Below are positions 14,266-27,008 of a stretch of DNA of 64,000 nt, one piece after another. Below the pieces are notes generated by a model. It did not search any database. It saw only the letters and a list, made by a program, of their open reading frames with translations, and was not told the origin of the DNA. This DNA comes from Balanoglossus misakiensis (lineage: Eukaryota > Animalia > Hemichordata): NCBI GenBank assembly GCA_040954595.2, contig CM082580.2, forward strand, positions 1,850,783 through 1,914,782, given 5' to 3'. The stretch's first letter is position 1. Each line of letters begins with the position of its first letter. The position numbers and the translations under genes are program-made.

Positions 14266-15332
14266 GACGGTCGCAACTCATTGCATTAAACAATATAGAT
14301 GGGGATCCCAAAGAATAATTCAAATATATTTGCAGAATTGCCACGCAAGTCGGGCATATTGTCCAAATTTAAGCACTCTGCAACTGAAACATAAAACCCA
14401 AGCTTTTTACAATACAGGAATTAAAAATTCTGATTGAATTAATGCCAACATAAAACGAAAAAAGACAACTCACAAAATGTATATGTAGTGTTTCATGTAG
14501 TGTTTTGATCTCAAGAAGACATGAAAAAATCGTCGGGGGAAAAGCAGGTGAGAACATCACCTCATTTTTGGGATATGAAATAAAAGTCTATTTTACGGAG
14601 ACACGTGGTAAAAAGTCCACCCTAGTCTCAATTTTCCAGACCCCTCTGGGATAGTCGAGTAGTCCATCCCCATGAAACTGCATATTTTAAAATAGCCAAA
14701 ATGAGTCAATGGGGCATTTTTTCATCCTACCTCAACCTTGCTAAGAGTTTCCGTGCCAGTCACCTGCAAAAATTAAATTTACCACGGACAAATTGAAATA
14801 CAGCCAATCGAAAAAAGTGCGCCACCACATGGTCATTTGAAGACTTTGATGCTCTCTTTTGGCCGTAACCGCATGTGATCCGGAATAAAATTGAGCCTTG
14901 ATCGCGTTTTTTATTTTATTTTCACCACCAACGAAAATCTACGACGGCCCAACCGCAGATTATTGCTGCTCCATACAACAACCGGCTTATACTGTACATA
15001 AGTTTTGTGTTCTGGTGGCATTTGCGGGTCTGAGACGTCATTTCTAGAAGGCCCTATTCGTTTTATACCAATAACTTTTACCACCCATGCTGGATTTTTT
15101 ACGTTTTCTTTGACGACGCTTGACCCTTTTCTTGCTTTGTTGTAGTCTTGGTTACCCAGATGCCTTTGCAAAGGCGAATGGGTAACAGAGACCAGCTTTG
15201 TTGTTGGTAGTTTGTTTGTTCGTAACGTCTGTAACTGGGATTCTTCACTTGTGGAATATACTGCTTATTTCTTGTGTATCTGCATTTTGTTGATGCTGTC
15301 GCTCCTCTGGCAGTGAAGCAAGGGTGCTAGCT

Positions 15333-15589
15333 GGGACTGTTCAGGATTTACTTCCGGGGGGCGGAGGATTTTCAGGAGGGACCGCCCATTTTCTCCAAGA
15401 ACAATTTAGGGAGGAATAGACATAAAAATCACAATCCTTTTGGGGGGACCATGGAAAAACCCCAGGAAATTTAAGGGGTACAACAGATTTCCTCCACAAT
15501 TTACTGGGGGTACGTCCATGGAAAAAACAATCACCAGGAAAATAAAAAATCCTCCGGCCCCACCCTGGAAGTAAAATCTGAACAGTCCC
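15333..15589. mobile_element. PIF/Harbinger-like MITE
   Basis: TIRs GGGACTGTTCAGGATTTACTTCC ... GGAAGTAAAATCTGAACAGTCCC, with TAA on the right. The left TSD does not match. Confidence 0.7.
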
Positions 15590-16583
15590 TAACTTTTGTT
15601 TGTTTGTTTGCTTGTTTATTTGTCTGTCTGTTTGTGTATTCTATATTATGTTATATGAAGCTTCTGCTACATTTTGCATTTCCTTTTGCATAAACTATGA
15701 CTAAACCGACTGGAGCGCGTTTGGGCGCAGGATAGATTTGAGAGTTAATCCATCTGTGTTTACCGGCTAAAACCGTTCGATTTTTGCAACAAGTGAGACC
15801 GTAGTAGTAATCCGAAGGCCAGTCAGTGCATGTTTGCATGACTGGCGTGTAGTGATACCTACCACAAAATGGTATCGCCCAAATAATGTTTGCCGGAATT
15901 TATAAGCCTGGCGCTCTCCTAACAAGTCGTCATGTTCGCCCTCGTAGTCATGCTGCCAGTCGGGGAAAATGACGTACTTCATGTAAAAGTTTATAAAAAA
16001 TAAACCAAATTTCACTGCCATGTATCCCAAAACAATTTATGTGACAGATTTTTAAAAAGAACACTAACTTCGGCTAAGGAATGTCAAGTCATAGCTCCGC
16101 GTTCAGGTCTGTGTGTTCCCCACGCACCACAGCCCTGCATAAGGCCCCATAGACAAAACTGGTGCGCCTGCGGTCCGGACCCGGACGCCCGACCGCAGCT
16201 TTTTCTGTCGAAATTCGATTTTATCGAAGCAAAATCCTTTCCCTTATTACTTCAACCGACCCCAAATATGATGCGTTTAACTTCTTCTAACGTCCGTGTA
16301 ACGCCGGGAACACACAGACCTGCACGCAGAGCTAGTCAAATCAGTGCACTGTGCAGTCGGTCGGTACACTCTGCTGGTGTATACAAACGATCGTGGCGAC
16401 AGAATCTCTCCCTGGGACGGCCTTACACAAATTTAATCGATTGTCTAACAATTTTACTGCGACTTGTTGCCACGTCTTATACATTTCGTTGACCGGTGGA
16501 ATATAGAGGTTCAGTCGTCACGCTGAACTGGCTCGAAACCATTCCCCACGCTGATTCGACTCTCGCGCCCGGGATATATGTCT

Positions 16584-17003
16584 GTGGTAGCTCCATGGTA
16601 ACAACCGTAAGGGGCCAGGTCATGTGATTGTGGGTTGCCTATCATTTGCTATAAGGCGCCTTCTGATTGGTTTATATTCCCACTAAATCTCGTAGAGTTC
16701 AGCGGGATCTCCATTGAGAGTTGGTCAGATGTAGTGTGAGGCGACAGCATAAAAAACAAGTCGCCGTTCCCTACATCTGATTTTAATCAGATTGTGGTGG
16801 CTCCATGGTAACAACCCAAGGGGCTAGGTCATGTGATTGTGGGATGCCTATCGTTTGCTATAAGGCGCCTTCTGATTGGTTTATTCGCCCAGTAAATCCC
16901 GTCGATTTCAACGGGAGCTCCAGTGAGAGTTGGTCAGATGTAGTGTGAGGCGACAGCATAAAAAAACCACGTCGCCGTTCCCTACATCTGATTTTAATCA
17001 GAT
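16584..17003. repeat. Two diverged tandem copies of a unit of about 209 bp containing X-box-like and CCAAT motifs
   Basis: TGTGGT(A/G)GCTCCATGGTAACAACC...TTCTGATTGG...CTACATCTGATTTTAATCAGATT occurs starting at 16584 and at about 16793. Confidence 0.85.
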
Positions 17004-20000
17004 TGGGGACACCCCCTCCCGAACCCACCCCCTTCATTCTTCGCCACATTTCATTTATTGGCTGGTTTGTCTAGTGTACCAGGGCAGACTACTTGCCACC
17101 CCACCCCACCGATGCTTACTTTGAGTGGAGTGTCAACATTAAAATTTGTCCTCGCCAACATTGAGTTAATATGCCTTTGAGTTCGTTAAAATGCAACTTT
17201 GATCACCGTATTTTACAAAAAAAATTCTTATGTGGGAGGGGGACACCCCCTCCATTCTTCACCACGTTGCATTTATTCGCTGGTTTGTCTAGTGTACCAG
17301 GGCACGCTTCTTGCCACCCCATCCCCGATGCTTACTTTGAGTGCAGTGGCAAAATTAAAAAAAAATTCCTCCCTAACATTGAGTTAATTTGATTTTGAGT
17401 TCATTAAAATGCAACTTTGAGCACCGTATTTTACAACATTTTCTTATGTGGGAGGGGGACACCCCCTCCCACGCCCAACCCCGACACTTTTCTTGTTTTA
17501 CCAATCCTACCAACTATTGTATTGACTTGTCATTTTAATTTATTCATAGATTTCTTTATTGCAATGATATACTATTATATACTTCAATTACTTTAAGAAA
17601 ATTATAATTGACGTGTTGAGGAGCCTCATTCCCTTTATTGCATACAGTGTACATAGGATCATGACGGCGAATGTTTTCGGAGAGGGGGGGGGGGTCATCA
17701 TATTGTTAGGCCTGTCAAGGGGGGGGGTCGTCGTTTTTTTGGTCCTGGGTGAAGGGGGGGGTTGGCCTGATTTTGAAAACCGATGACACAAACTTGCCAA
17801 CCCCCCCCCCCCAGCCGTAAAAACTGAACGGTCCCTTATTGGATTGGTTACAAAATTGCTGTACGAGCTTTCTATGATTTGACCGCCGAAACCGCGATCA
17901 GCGAATTGCGTTGTGCTATACGATTCGAGGATAGTCATTCTGAGTAATTGAATTCAATTAGCCTTACATTCCATGCCTGCCTAGCTGCAATAATTGTAGC
18001 CTTGTTGGGCTGGTTGGGTGGCTGGATGGCCCACCATCTACCCACCCAACTAGGCCACCAATGCTTCAATTATTGCATATAATGCCAACCTAGGCCTACT
18101 TGATTGGTGATGTGCGACAAGCATGCTAATAATATATTGCGCTGCACATAGGGTAAGGCTTGCATGCCCAGAGACAGAGTAAAATTTTAACGTTAAACAA
18201 TATAAACAATAAAATGTTTTTTCACCAAAAAATTAATTTTCCGGTCAGTAGCTGACTTGTTGGAACGTAGGGACAGTATGACAGGTCATACATCTGCCGC
18301 CATATCACGTAAAAACATCGGTGTAACATGGCCAGAAATATACATCGTTGTGATTGGTTGGGATCCTGTTTTGGCGTGCTTCATTGACGCATCCATGAAT
18401 AGATTTTTGTTTGTGTTTGATAGAAAAAAAATGCCCGACCGGGTTGCACAGTTAAGTGGTTTTGGCTAATGACGGGCACTGGGTAGATATATAGAAACCA
18501 TGTATAGAGACAACCATGCTTTTTTTCCGAATTGTGATTGATACTTAGAACTTCGAAAATCTATACGATTTAACTAAATGCATTTTCTGGTAAAGGTGAA
18601 GTCTGTCAGAACATGATGTACAGTTTTTAAAGAGCAGATTACGAATAAAAATTTAAATGCAACTGAGAACCACGTGATTCTTGTCGTAGATTGTCGCATC
18701 ATACAGCCAGGTCTGTTGTGACTTCACAAATGACACGTCGAAATTTCGTGTGGCAAACGGTATTCGCCATCAACAAAAAGGTACCGGGAAAGTTTCGACT
18801 GGCATGCCGGAATTCTGCATCATGTACACCGGCAGGTTTTTTTGAGATGGCAAAGTCTGTTTTTCACAACTTTGCCTTGTCACGTTTATCATGGTAATGC
18901 ACGACGGCCAAATGTCGGACTTGTGTCGGGCAGATTTTGCAGTCCCGACAAAACATATTTCTACAGAGCAGGCTTCGATGGCATACCGCTGTTATCAAAA
19001 TCCATTATTCGACTATGTTCCCAATACCAAGATCGGCTATTCTCGACAGCGACTTTCTCCAGGGAATACCAACTCCGCCGTATGATCTACAAATCCGAAT
19101 GCCAGTGCCGTTTTCATTGACGATGGCATGGAAAAGCTTATGAATATCGGTGAGAATTAGTAGTTCGTTGTTACACAATCAATGTTATTGTAACAGCCGA
19201 CTTTAACGCCACAGCAATACATGAAGCGATGTGGACGCTCGAAAAGAGAGACAAAAGTTCTGTTCTCCTGTGTCTCTGCTCTGCTCTCACTAGAGAATGT
19301 AATTTCATAAAGACAGTACTGAATAAAAGAGATTAAATGCACCAAAAAGTTGAATTTCCTTAATGATATTTTATTTCTTAGATTTGCACATTTTTACTTT
19401 TTCAGGGGTGCAGGAAGCAATTTCTTGTACGGGGACAAAGTTACATATTTTCTGGACACAATTGATTTATGATAAAAATTGAATAGCTGAATAAATTGAT
19501 TAATGATTAAATGCAAATAATAAAATGAGAGAAATAGCAAGAAATAAAGTGAACAAATATTATTGTAAAAGCTCCAGTATCTGTTATGATTGACAATTTT
19601 CTCAGTATTGTTCCAAAAATTGAATTCGACTGTGTATTCATGTCACACACATTGCTACAAATGTACTTTCTTCGATCAGCGACTTTCGTTAAAGATTAGT
19701 TTGATTGGCGTCAAATTACTGATACATGAAGCCTCCCAGCCAATTACACTGTATGTTCCAAAAACAACAACATGTGCGCTTCTATTATGTTTGATTTTTA
19801 TACTTTCAGTTATTCACAGTGATTGCGCCATTCTTTAAATCCATATCCCCATTGGTGTAAAATATGATCATTGGCGGGGGTGGGGGAGGGGGTAAGCGGG
19901 GATTTTGTGCATGGTGGGGGGGGGGGGGGTTAAGTATGGTTTTACCCTGCCCCCGAAACTTAGTTAGGGGCGGAGATACACTCCCGGTTTCAAAGCCAAT

Positions 20001-20397
20001 ATGGGGGGGGGGGGGTAATTGCTATTACCGGTATATCAACTCGATTTCATAACCTTTTTAAAGATTAAAATTGATAAGAATGGGATGCATTCAATTCTGG
20101 AGAATGTTGTTTGCAACCAATCTCTGTATCAACTTAAATTTAAAGTAAATAAGAATTAAAGTAGCGACGACAAATAAGATGACGAACATGTTTTGGTCTT
20201 TCATTCCAAATAGACTCATCACAGGCATCAGAAAATTTAAACCTTTGGAGTTTCACTCTTTCTTCTGACATTTTGCTTGCTCTTGATGAAAAAAGAGAGG
20301 TTTTCTTGGCATTACTCGATCTTTCCGCAGCATTTGATACTGTGAACCATACCATTTTATATGGAAAGCCATGACTGTCTTATGATGTGTGACAACT

Positions 20398-20745
20398 TTA
20401 TGTGGTGAGGTTATTACTTGACGTGATGGGGAAATGCAACGACGTGGGGAGGTTATTGCTTTACGTGATGAGGACATGCAACGACGTGGGGAGGTTATTT
20501 CTTGACGTGATGGGGAAATGCAACGACGTGGGGAGGTTATTATTTTGGCGTGATGGGGACATGCAACGACGTGGGGAGGTTAATTCTTGACGTGATGGGG
20601 ACATGCAAAGACGTGGGGAGGTTATTTCTTGACGTGATGGGGAAATGCAACGATGTGGTGAGGTTATTTCTTGACGTGATGAGGACATGCAACGACGTGG
20701 GGAGGTTATTGCTTTACGTGATGAGGACATGCCATTATGATGTGA
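20398..20745. repeat. Left subterminal 42-bp tandem array (about 8 units)
   Basis: Unit GACGTGGGGAGGTTATTTCTTGACGTGATGGGGAAATGCAAC. It produces 14-aa periodicity in the spurious ORFs here. Confidence 0.92.
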
Positions 20746-20794
20746 CGAGGGCGCTGTTACGGAGGGCGCTCTTTTTCTATTGATAAAAGTCAAA

Positions 20795-23700
20795 ATGGAG
20801 GACTTGCTGAGGAGAGGGGGGCTCATACGACTCCTCCCAAGATTTCAGGAGGAAAGAATCGATATTACAACAGTATTGTCCTTAACCAATGAAGAATTGG
20901 CTCGATTGGGAGTTACCAAAGTAGGTGATCGTTCTAGACTGAGGGATTTATGCAGACCCCACCACATCAAATGAGTTTTCTCGAAGTGACCAAGCTGGCG
21001 TCGCCAGCACTAGTGGCACTGCAAGTTCAAGTCACGTACAAAGGGAGCGGTCACTTTTGTTTACGCCTAATCAAAGCAGAGCACAACACAGTTACGGCCG
21101 AAGAAGTCGTGCAAAGAAATGTAAGCGGACATGGACTGGACAGTTTGTTTGTCTTGCTGATCGTAACACCAGTAGCGTCCCATCGTCTGAAATCAAGCAG
21201 ATACTAACTCGTGCTGGACTTGGACTGAAACGGCTAACTCTTGACAACGAATGTAATAGCAGAGACTTGATGGATACTTTGATGTCTGATGCTGGATTTC
21301 CACAAATACGTGATTGTGGGGGTGTAGAACTGCTATATTATGCTCATGCTAAGAAACTAAATGTAATCACATGCAGTTGGTCAGTTCCTGATTTGAAAGC
21401 TAATTTAGGGGCTCAGAGTAAGATATACATAAGACCTGTGCAGAAAAACTTGTCTACTAAACCCATCAATCCAGAGACTGCTGAAGATCCAATAACCCAG
21501 ATGTGTATGGGCTGTTTAAATGAATATGATATTCGTGAATTACGTGAACACATGATGACCTGCACAGCACCTTTTGATTCTGATGAAGAAGAGGTTACAT
21601 ATTGTGACAGGAATGAAGAACAGGATGATAATACTATTATTATTGATCCAGTAGAAAACACAAGGTGAGTTAATCTGCCAATGCTCTCTTTGTTGATAAG
21701 TATAGTTTATCTTATTCTGATGTAATACATGTCAAACAATGCAAAATGTTTTAATTTAATGAAAGCTTCTTTGTATACCTGTATGTACATGTATTTTTGT
21801 AACGCATTTTGTACCTTAATGGTAAATAACAACAAAGCATGTCCGACAGTCATAACAATAGTGCCATTTCCCAATGTGTGAATAGTGGTTTTTCTCCCTG
21901 GTGATGGCAGTAATTGCAAGAATTGTGTGTGGTTTACCTGCCAAACACGGACACTATCTAGTATATCATACAATGTATCTGTGCACAATGTCAGTGTATT
22001 AAATGCAGGGCAGCAAGGTCAAAGGATGGAATTTCTCTGAGTTTTAATGTATGCATTGCTTGTTTTCCCCCAGTGACACCACTAGTGGTACCACAATTGT
22101 AACACCAAATGAGAGTGTTGGCCAGTCTGCTGCTGCTTCAGATCCAGAAATCACTGTAAGTTATCATTGATGGCAATTTGATGTAACTGCTTGTATCAGT
22201 ATGTGTGAAATGCTGGATTCATAGACAGCAGTGTTTCATCCAGGATGGCATCAATGGGGTGGGGCATCATGCCATGCCCCCTTTGCTAGAATATTTGAGG
22301 GGGATTTCACTCTGGCTAGGGGGTATGTAACATCTCCAACATGTGAGTGACCAATTTGTAAGGGGCACTACCCCCATAACAAATTACTAAGGGGTGAAAC
22401 CCATCACCCCTCCCCCGATCTACATGAAACACTGGGGACATAGTAACCTATCCATATCACTTTGATATTTGCAAGTAAACATTGTACAAATCAATTGTGA
22501 AACTTGTAAAATAGACACATTAGATATAACAGATCTAAAGTCCCAGTCAATGTCACTATTGATTATTTTTTCACAGGTTATGTTTTGTGTGTCAATTGCA
22601 AACTCTTGTTTTACTCCTGAAAGCATGGTAAAATTGACCTGTAAATGTGTAAACAGCATGGGTATTGTTGACAAGTACATTCTAGTCTGGACTGAAATTA
22701 AAACCGCAGCAATATCAGTGAAGCTTTGTCTCTGTTTTAACAAGCTGAACATTGGGTATTTCAACATTCTATCAGAAGTAGAACAAGAATGAGCAATTGA
22801 CGCACACACAAAAAAAGTAAAAAAACATCAAAGTGACAATTTGATTTACTGGGGCTTAACCCTTTCACCCCAGTTCCCACTTTCGAGGTCCAACTTTACC
22901 ATAGGGTGAAACATTGGGGTTGGACAGAACCATGGTGGTGAAAGGGACATTTGGCACCATGTGGAACTGAAATCTTAAAATCCAATTCTGCATTAATTGT
23001 GTTAATTCACACAAAGTAATGTGAATGATTTTTCATTTTTTGTAGCCATACCACACCAGTGAGATGTGTACAGTGGATGATGTTGTGAATACAACTTATG
23101 AATACTGCAACGACAACAATGTATCCGATCCTGTTGAAATTTTGAGAATTTTTCAAAGTAAAATGGTAACTGGTCGGAAATTGGACATCGAAGATTCAGG
23201 TGATGTTGTCGAAGGTGAAACCAATTTCATTATGGTCAACAGATCTGAAGTCTTACGCACAGCATTTGATGAGATTGGTTTGATCAACGACCCAAGACTG
23301 ACTTTGGAAGTGGAATTCTATGGAGAGGTATGTATTTTGCAAGTTTTCTATATATATACATTCCTCATCGAATTGAAAATGGATAAACTTGGCATGTACT
23401 GCACTCAAGACGTAAGAAGTGATTAAGCAACAAATCTTTACAAATTACAGGAGGCCAGGGACTTTGGTGGCCCCAGGAAAGAATTTTTTACTGAAGTACT
23501 GAGGGAAATAAATGACAAGTACTTTGAAACTGGTTTAAAACCACATCTTGAGGAAGACTATAAAATTATTGGCACCATAATGGGTAAGTTGTACAATACT
23601 TATTTAAGAGCCATGCACAGCAATTTGAACATTTTGTTTGTTTCTCAATGAATTATAATAAACATGGTTGTCCATTATTCATATTGACATTTCAATATTC

Positions 23701-24891
23701 TTTGCTAATCAATGTATAGGACTAAGCACACTACAGAATGGAAGAATTCCACAGTTCATGAGTGAAGAAGTGCGACAAGAGCTATTTGAAAAGCCTTCTC
23801 CATCCCCATGCATTGAGAAACTGAGACAAGGGTTTGACAAACTTGGCATTTGCAAGGTATGTCGTTATTCAGTCAACAAGTTGGTATGATAAAAGTATAA
23901 TTTGTAATAAATTCCCTTGTCAACCTCACAAGCTACATTGATTAGCTCATAGTCCTTATAGCAATCTTCTTGTAACTAGAACAATTTAATGTTAAATCAT
24001 TGCTATTTAAAGGGGAAATCTGGCCTAGCTGATTTCTACATAATTTGGTAGCTTTGAGGTCACTCTTTCAGAATAAAACATATTTGACATGTATAAGTCG
24101 CGCAATTTTTTACAAAATCGAGGGAAAGTTGGCAGAATTTCCAATATGGCATTTACTGTAATTTGAATCATGGAAAAAAGCGCCAGGACCAACTTCCGCC
24201 CACCATGGTGTGGGTGATACCATTCTCCGATTGGTGTCACTTGGCGACAGACTAGGTGTATTTGCATAGCTATTGTTTGTACTTTGCGTCAGTTGATAAA
24301 TAATCATCAGCAAAGTTGAAAATCTATTGACAGCTTTCATGAGCTATAACCCGTGAAAAAATATGCAAATACGCCTAGCCTGTCACGCAGTGACACCAAT
24401 CGGAAAATGGTATCACCCACACCAAGGTGGGCGGAAGTTGGTTCTGGCGCTTTTTTCCATGATTCAAATTACAGTAAATGCCATATTGGAAATTCTGCCA
24501 ACTTTCCCTCGATTTTGTAAAAAATCGCGCGACTTATACATGGCGAATATGTTTTATTCTGAAAGAGTGACCTCAAAGCTACCAAATTATGTAGAAATCA
24601 GCTAGACCGGATTTCCCCTTTAAGTAGTCTTACAGTTGTTTGTTTCATTGCAGCTTGTTAAGAAACTACCCCTGCTTGTGCATTTATTTGTGCCAAATGC
24701 CAACAGTGCCTTGACATTCAGAAAGCTGAAGACCCAATTAAAACCCAAGTTCAGTCCCGATGGATCTAATAATCGCAGAGAAGAGAACAACGTGTACGCG
24801 AGCTTCATTTCGTACATGACAGAAGCTGCAGGCAAGTATTTTTGCAGACATAAAACACAAAAGGGGGATTCTGTCTGTCTGTATGCATGCA

Positions 24892-24929
<38 letters not shown>

Positions 24930-25582
24930 TTTGTTTGTATACTTACCATTTTTATTGACAAATCCGATCCTCTAAACCACTTGTCACATTGCTTTCAAAT
25001 TTGAATGGCATGTTACTATGATTTGTTGAGTGAAACTGCTTCTTATATTTGTGTTTGTATGGACACTTTTTGCCATTTTTGGTCCCCAAAAAAACAAAAA
25101 CATTTCTCTAGAACCGCATGTCAGATTGCCATGATACTTGATAGGCAAGTTAATTTTCTCTACATTTCTGTATTTATAATATTTGCTTAGATCATGTCTG
25201 CTAACAAATTTCATGTGCATGTTATTTTTATTCCAGTGTACACATATTTCTGTGCAATCCCTAAATGGGACAAAAGTGTTATTGACGGTGTTTTTATACT
25301 TCTCTCTTCAATTTAGGTGGTAGGAGATGCGATGGTGACATCACCCTCAATCATATACTGAAATTTGTCACATGTGATCTTGAGGAACCAGTTCTTGGCT
25401 ATACAGAAGCTCCTGCTATTGATTTTTATGAAGCAGGATCTTCTTTCATTCCGACAGCCAACACCTGTATTAATATGTTGAAGCTGCCCAGAGGTACCCA
25501 GGACAATCCACTTCCAGACAGAGACATTCTGTTTAAACTATATGATTATGCGTTTTCAAATAACTATTTTGGTGCGGTATAA
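20795..25582 (+). CDS. 7-exon SAM / UBZ-like zinc finger / HECT E3 ubiquitin ligase (about 648 aa after correcting one frameshift near 20957-20960)
   Basis: Exons 20795-21664, 22074-22155, 23046-23327, 23451-23583, 23720-23856, 24654-24831 and 25317-25582 join with consistent phases (five GT-AG introns, one GC-AG). The N-terminal SAM reads LLPRFQEERIDITTVLSLTNEELARLGVTKVGDR. A CxxC-x11-H-x3-C motif lies at 21504-21563. HECT motifs are LEVEFYGEEARDFGGPRKEFF, ILKFVT, PTANTCINMLKLP (Cys codon 25466-25468) and the terminal YFGAV*. Confidence 0.88.
22860..22946. mobile_element. Tiny piggyBac-like MITE in intron 2
   Basis: TTAA|CCCTTTCACC ... GGTGAAAGGG. The right-hand TTAA is missing. Confidence 0.45.
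24011..24619. mobile_element. Fold-back Kolobok-like MITE in intron 5 of the HECT gene
   Basis: TTAA at 24007-24010 and 24620-24623 flanks AGGGGAAATC...GATTTCCCCT. The arms are about 260 bp and near-perfect, as shown by the mirror ORFs 24025-24267(-) and 24363-24605(+). Confidence 0.92.
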
Positions 25583-25667
25583 CTTTTTATACCACTCCAG
25601 GTCATGTGACCTATTGTTCTTGCCATCCATTTTTTCTAGGCAAATTAGTAATCAGCTACCGTATACT

Positions 25668-26095
25668 TTTATTAGCTCTGCTCTCACTTGTGTCAGCCGA
25701 GCTATAGCAGTAGGTTGATAAGTGTCCGTCCGGCGTCCGTCAACTTTTGGTATTTCAATCTTCTTCTTTAAAACAACTTGACATATTTAGCTGAAATTTG
25801 GTTGGAATATGTTTTATGGTGTCCTTAACTGATTTTGTTAATTTGGATTTGATAGGGTCATGAATATGCAAATTAGAACCTTGGTGCTTCCTTTTGTTGT
25901 TCTTTAGGATTCAATTCTTTCTTTCTTTAGCACAATGAATCAAGCTGAATTTGGATAAATACTTGTGATGTCTATGTTTGGTTTTGTTCAATAGAATACA
26001 ATTGTTATGAATTAAAACCTAGGGTATTCATATCATTGCCCAGGTTACACTGTTAAAGTCAGCAGAGCTCTTTTGACCGACAGGTCACGTGTTTC
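25668..26095. mobile_element. Possible non-autonomous Helentron/DINE-like element
   Basis: It starts in a T-run with TTATTAGCTCTGCT, has a GTCC-type microsatellite near the 5' end, an inverted AGCAGAGCT and a short terminal stem (TGACC-GAC-AGGTCA) before TTT. The call rests on architecture only. Confidence 0.45.
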
Positions 26096-27008
26096 ATTAT
26101 ATGTCCTAGGATATATAATACAGTTTAAGCATTTAAAAAATCCAGTTGGTGTGTTCATTGAAAGCAATCTAGTAAGTCTCTCAAAAGTTACATGTTGTAT
26201 GTATTGGTAGTGATTTTTCTAAGATAGTTTTTCTGGGGTCACTGATCAAGAATTACTTTGGTTAATACTTGGCCAGGATGCTCTCTGTTAAGATTGTTGT
26301 GTTCAGTGTAGCTTGCAACTTTTACAAAGTTGAATAAAAAAGAGTTATCTTGAAAAAAAGTTGTTTCTATTGTGATATTTTGAGGCTCATGCTATAGAGT
26401 CAGTTGGTCAATGAGTAGTCGTGCACCCGACTGATATTGCAAATAGTCATGTGACCTGGTGGTCATACTGGGTTTTCTGAAAAAAGTAAAAATGGCATTT
26501 TATCCTTAACTAAAGTACAAATCAAGTTTTATTTTGGTGTGCGATATACATGTCTTCTGCCCTTCAAAGTTTGCCAATAAATCAAGAGTAATCACATGAC
26601 TTTTGCCGCCATATTGAATTTAAAAATATCCCAGAACCAGTTATTACTGAGTTGTACGATTATGTGTATGTGTTCCCCTAATTGAGGTCTTGAAAGATTA
26701 TCAGATTTCAGAGCGGTGTACTGAGGGTGGCCATATTGTTTTTCCCAAAAAATACAAAACGACTTGCATTCCAAAACCAGACTGCTATTTTAATAATTAT
26801 GATTGAGAAATACAAATGTGTGGTTCGTTCATGTTCAAGCATGGCAAATGTACACATTCTTATTTCTCCAGTAGTTCTAGGCCATGCTTGAATTCCAGAC
26901 ATATCATGAAGCAAATTTGAATGTTAGTTGCAGGAATATACTACTATACACTGCAACTCATGTGGTAACCGTATTCAGAATGATTGGTTGCCTTGCATAA
27001 CAATTATA

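Noticed and set aside
1661-14437. Repeated short ORFs as a tandem gene family
   Set aside because: They are identical only because the DNA is duplicated. They have no recognisable domains or splice structure.
24025-24605. Two mirror-image 80-aa ORFs as a duplicated gene pair
   Set aside because: They are the two arms of a fold-back MITE in an intron.
20795-25582. Assigning the gene symbol G2E3 or another host HECT name
   Set aside because: It lacks the PHD/RING-like N-terminus of G2E3 and lies inside a transposon, so orthology is unsupported.
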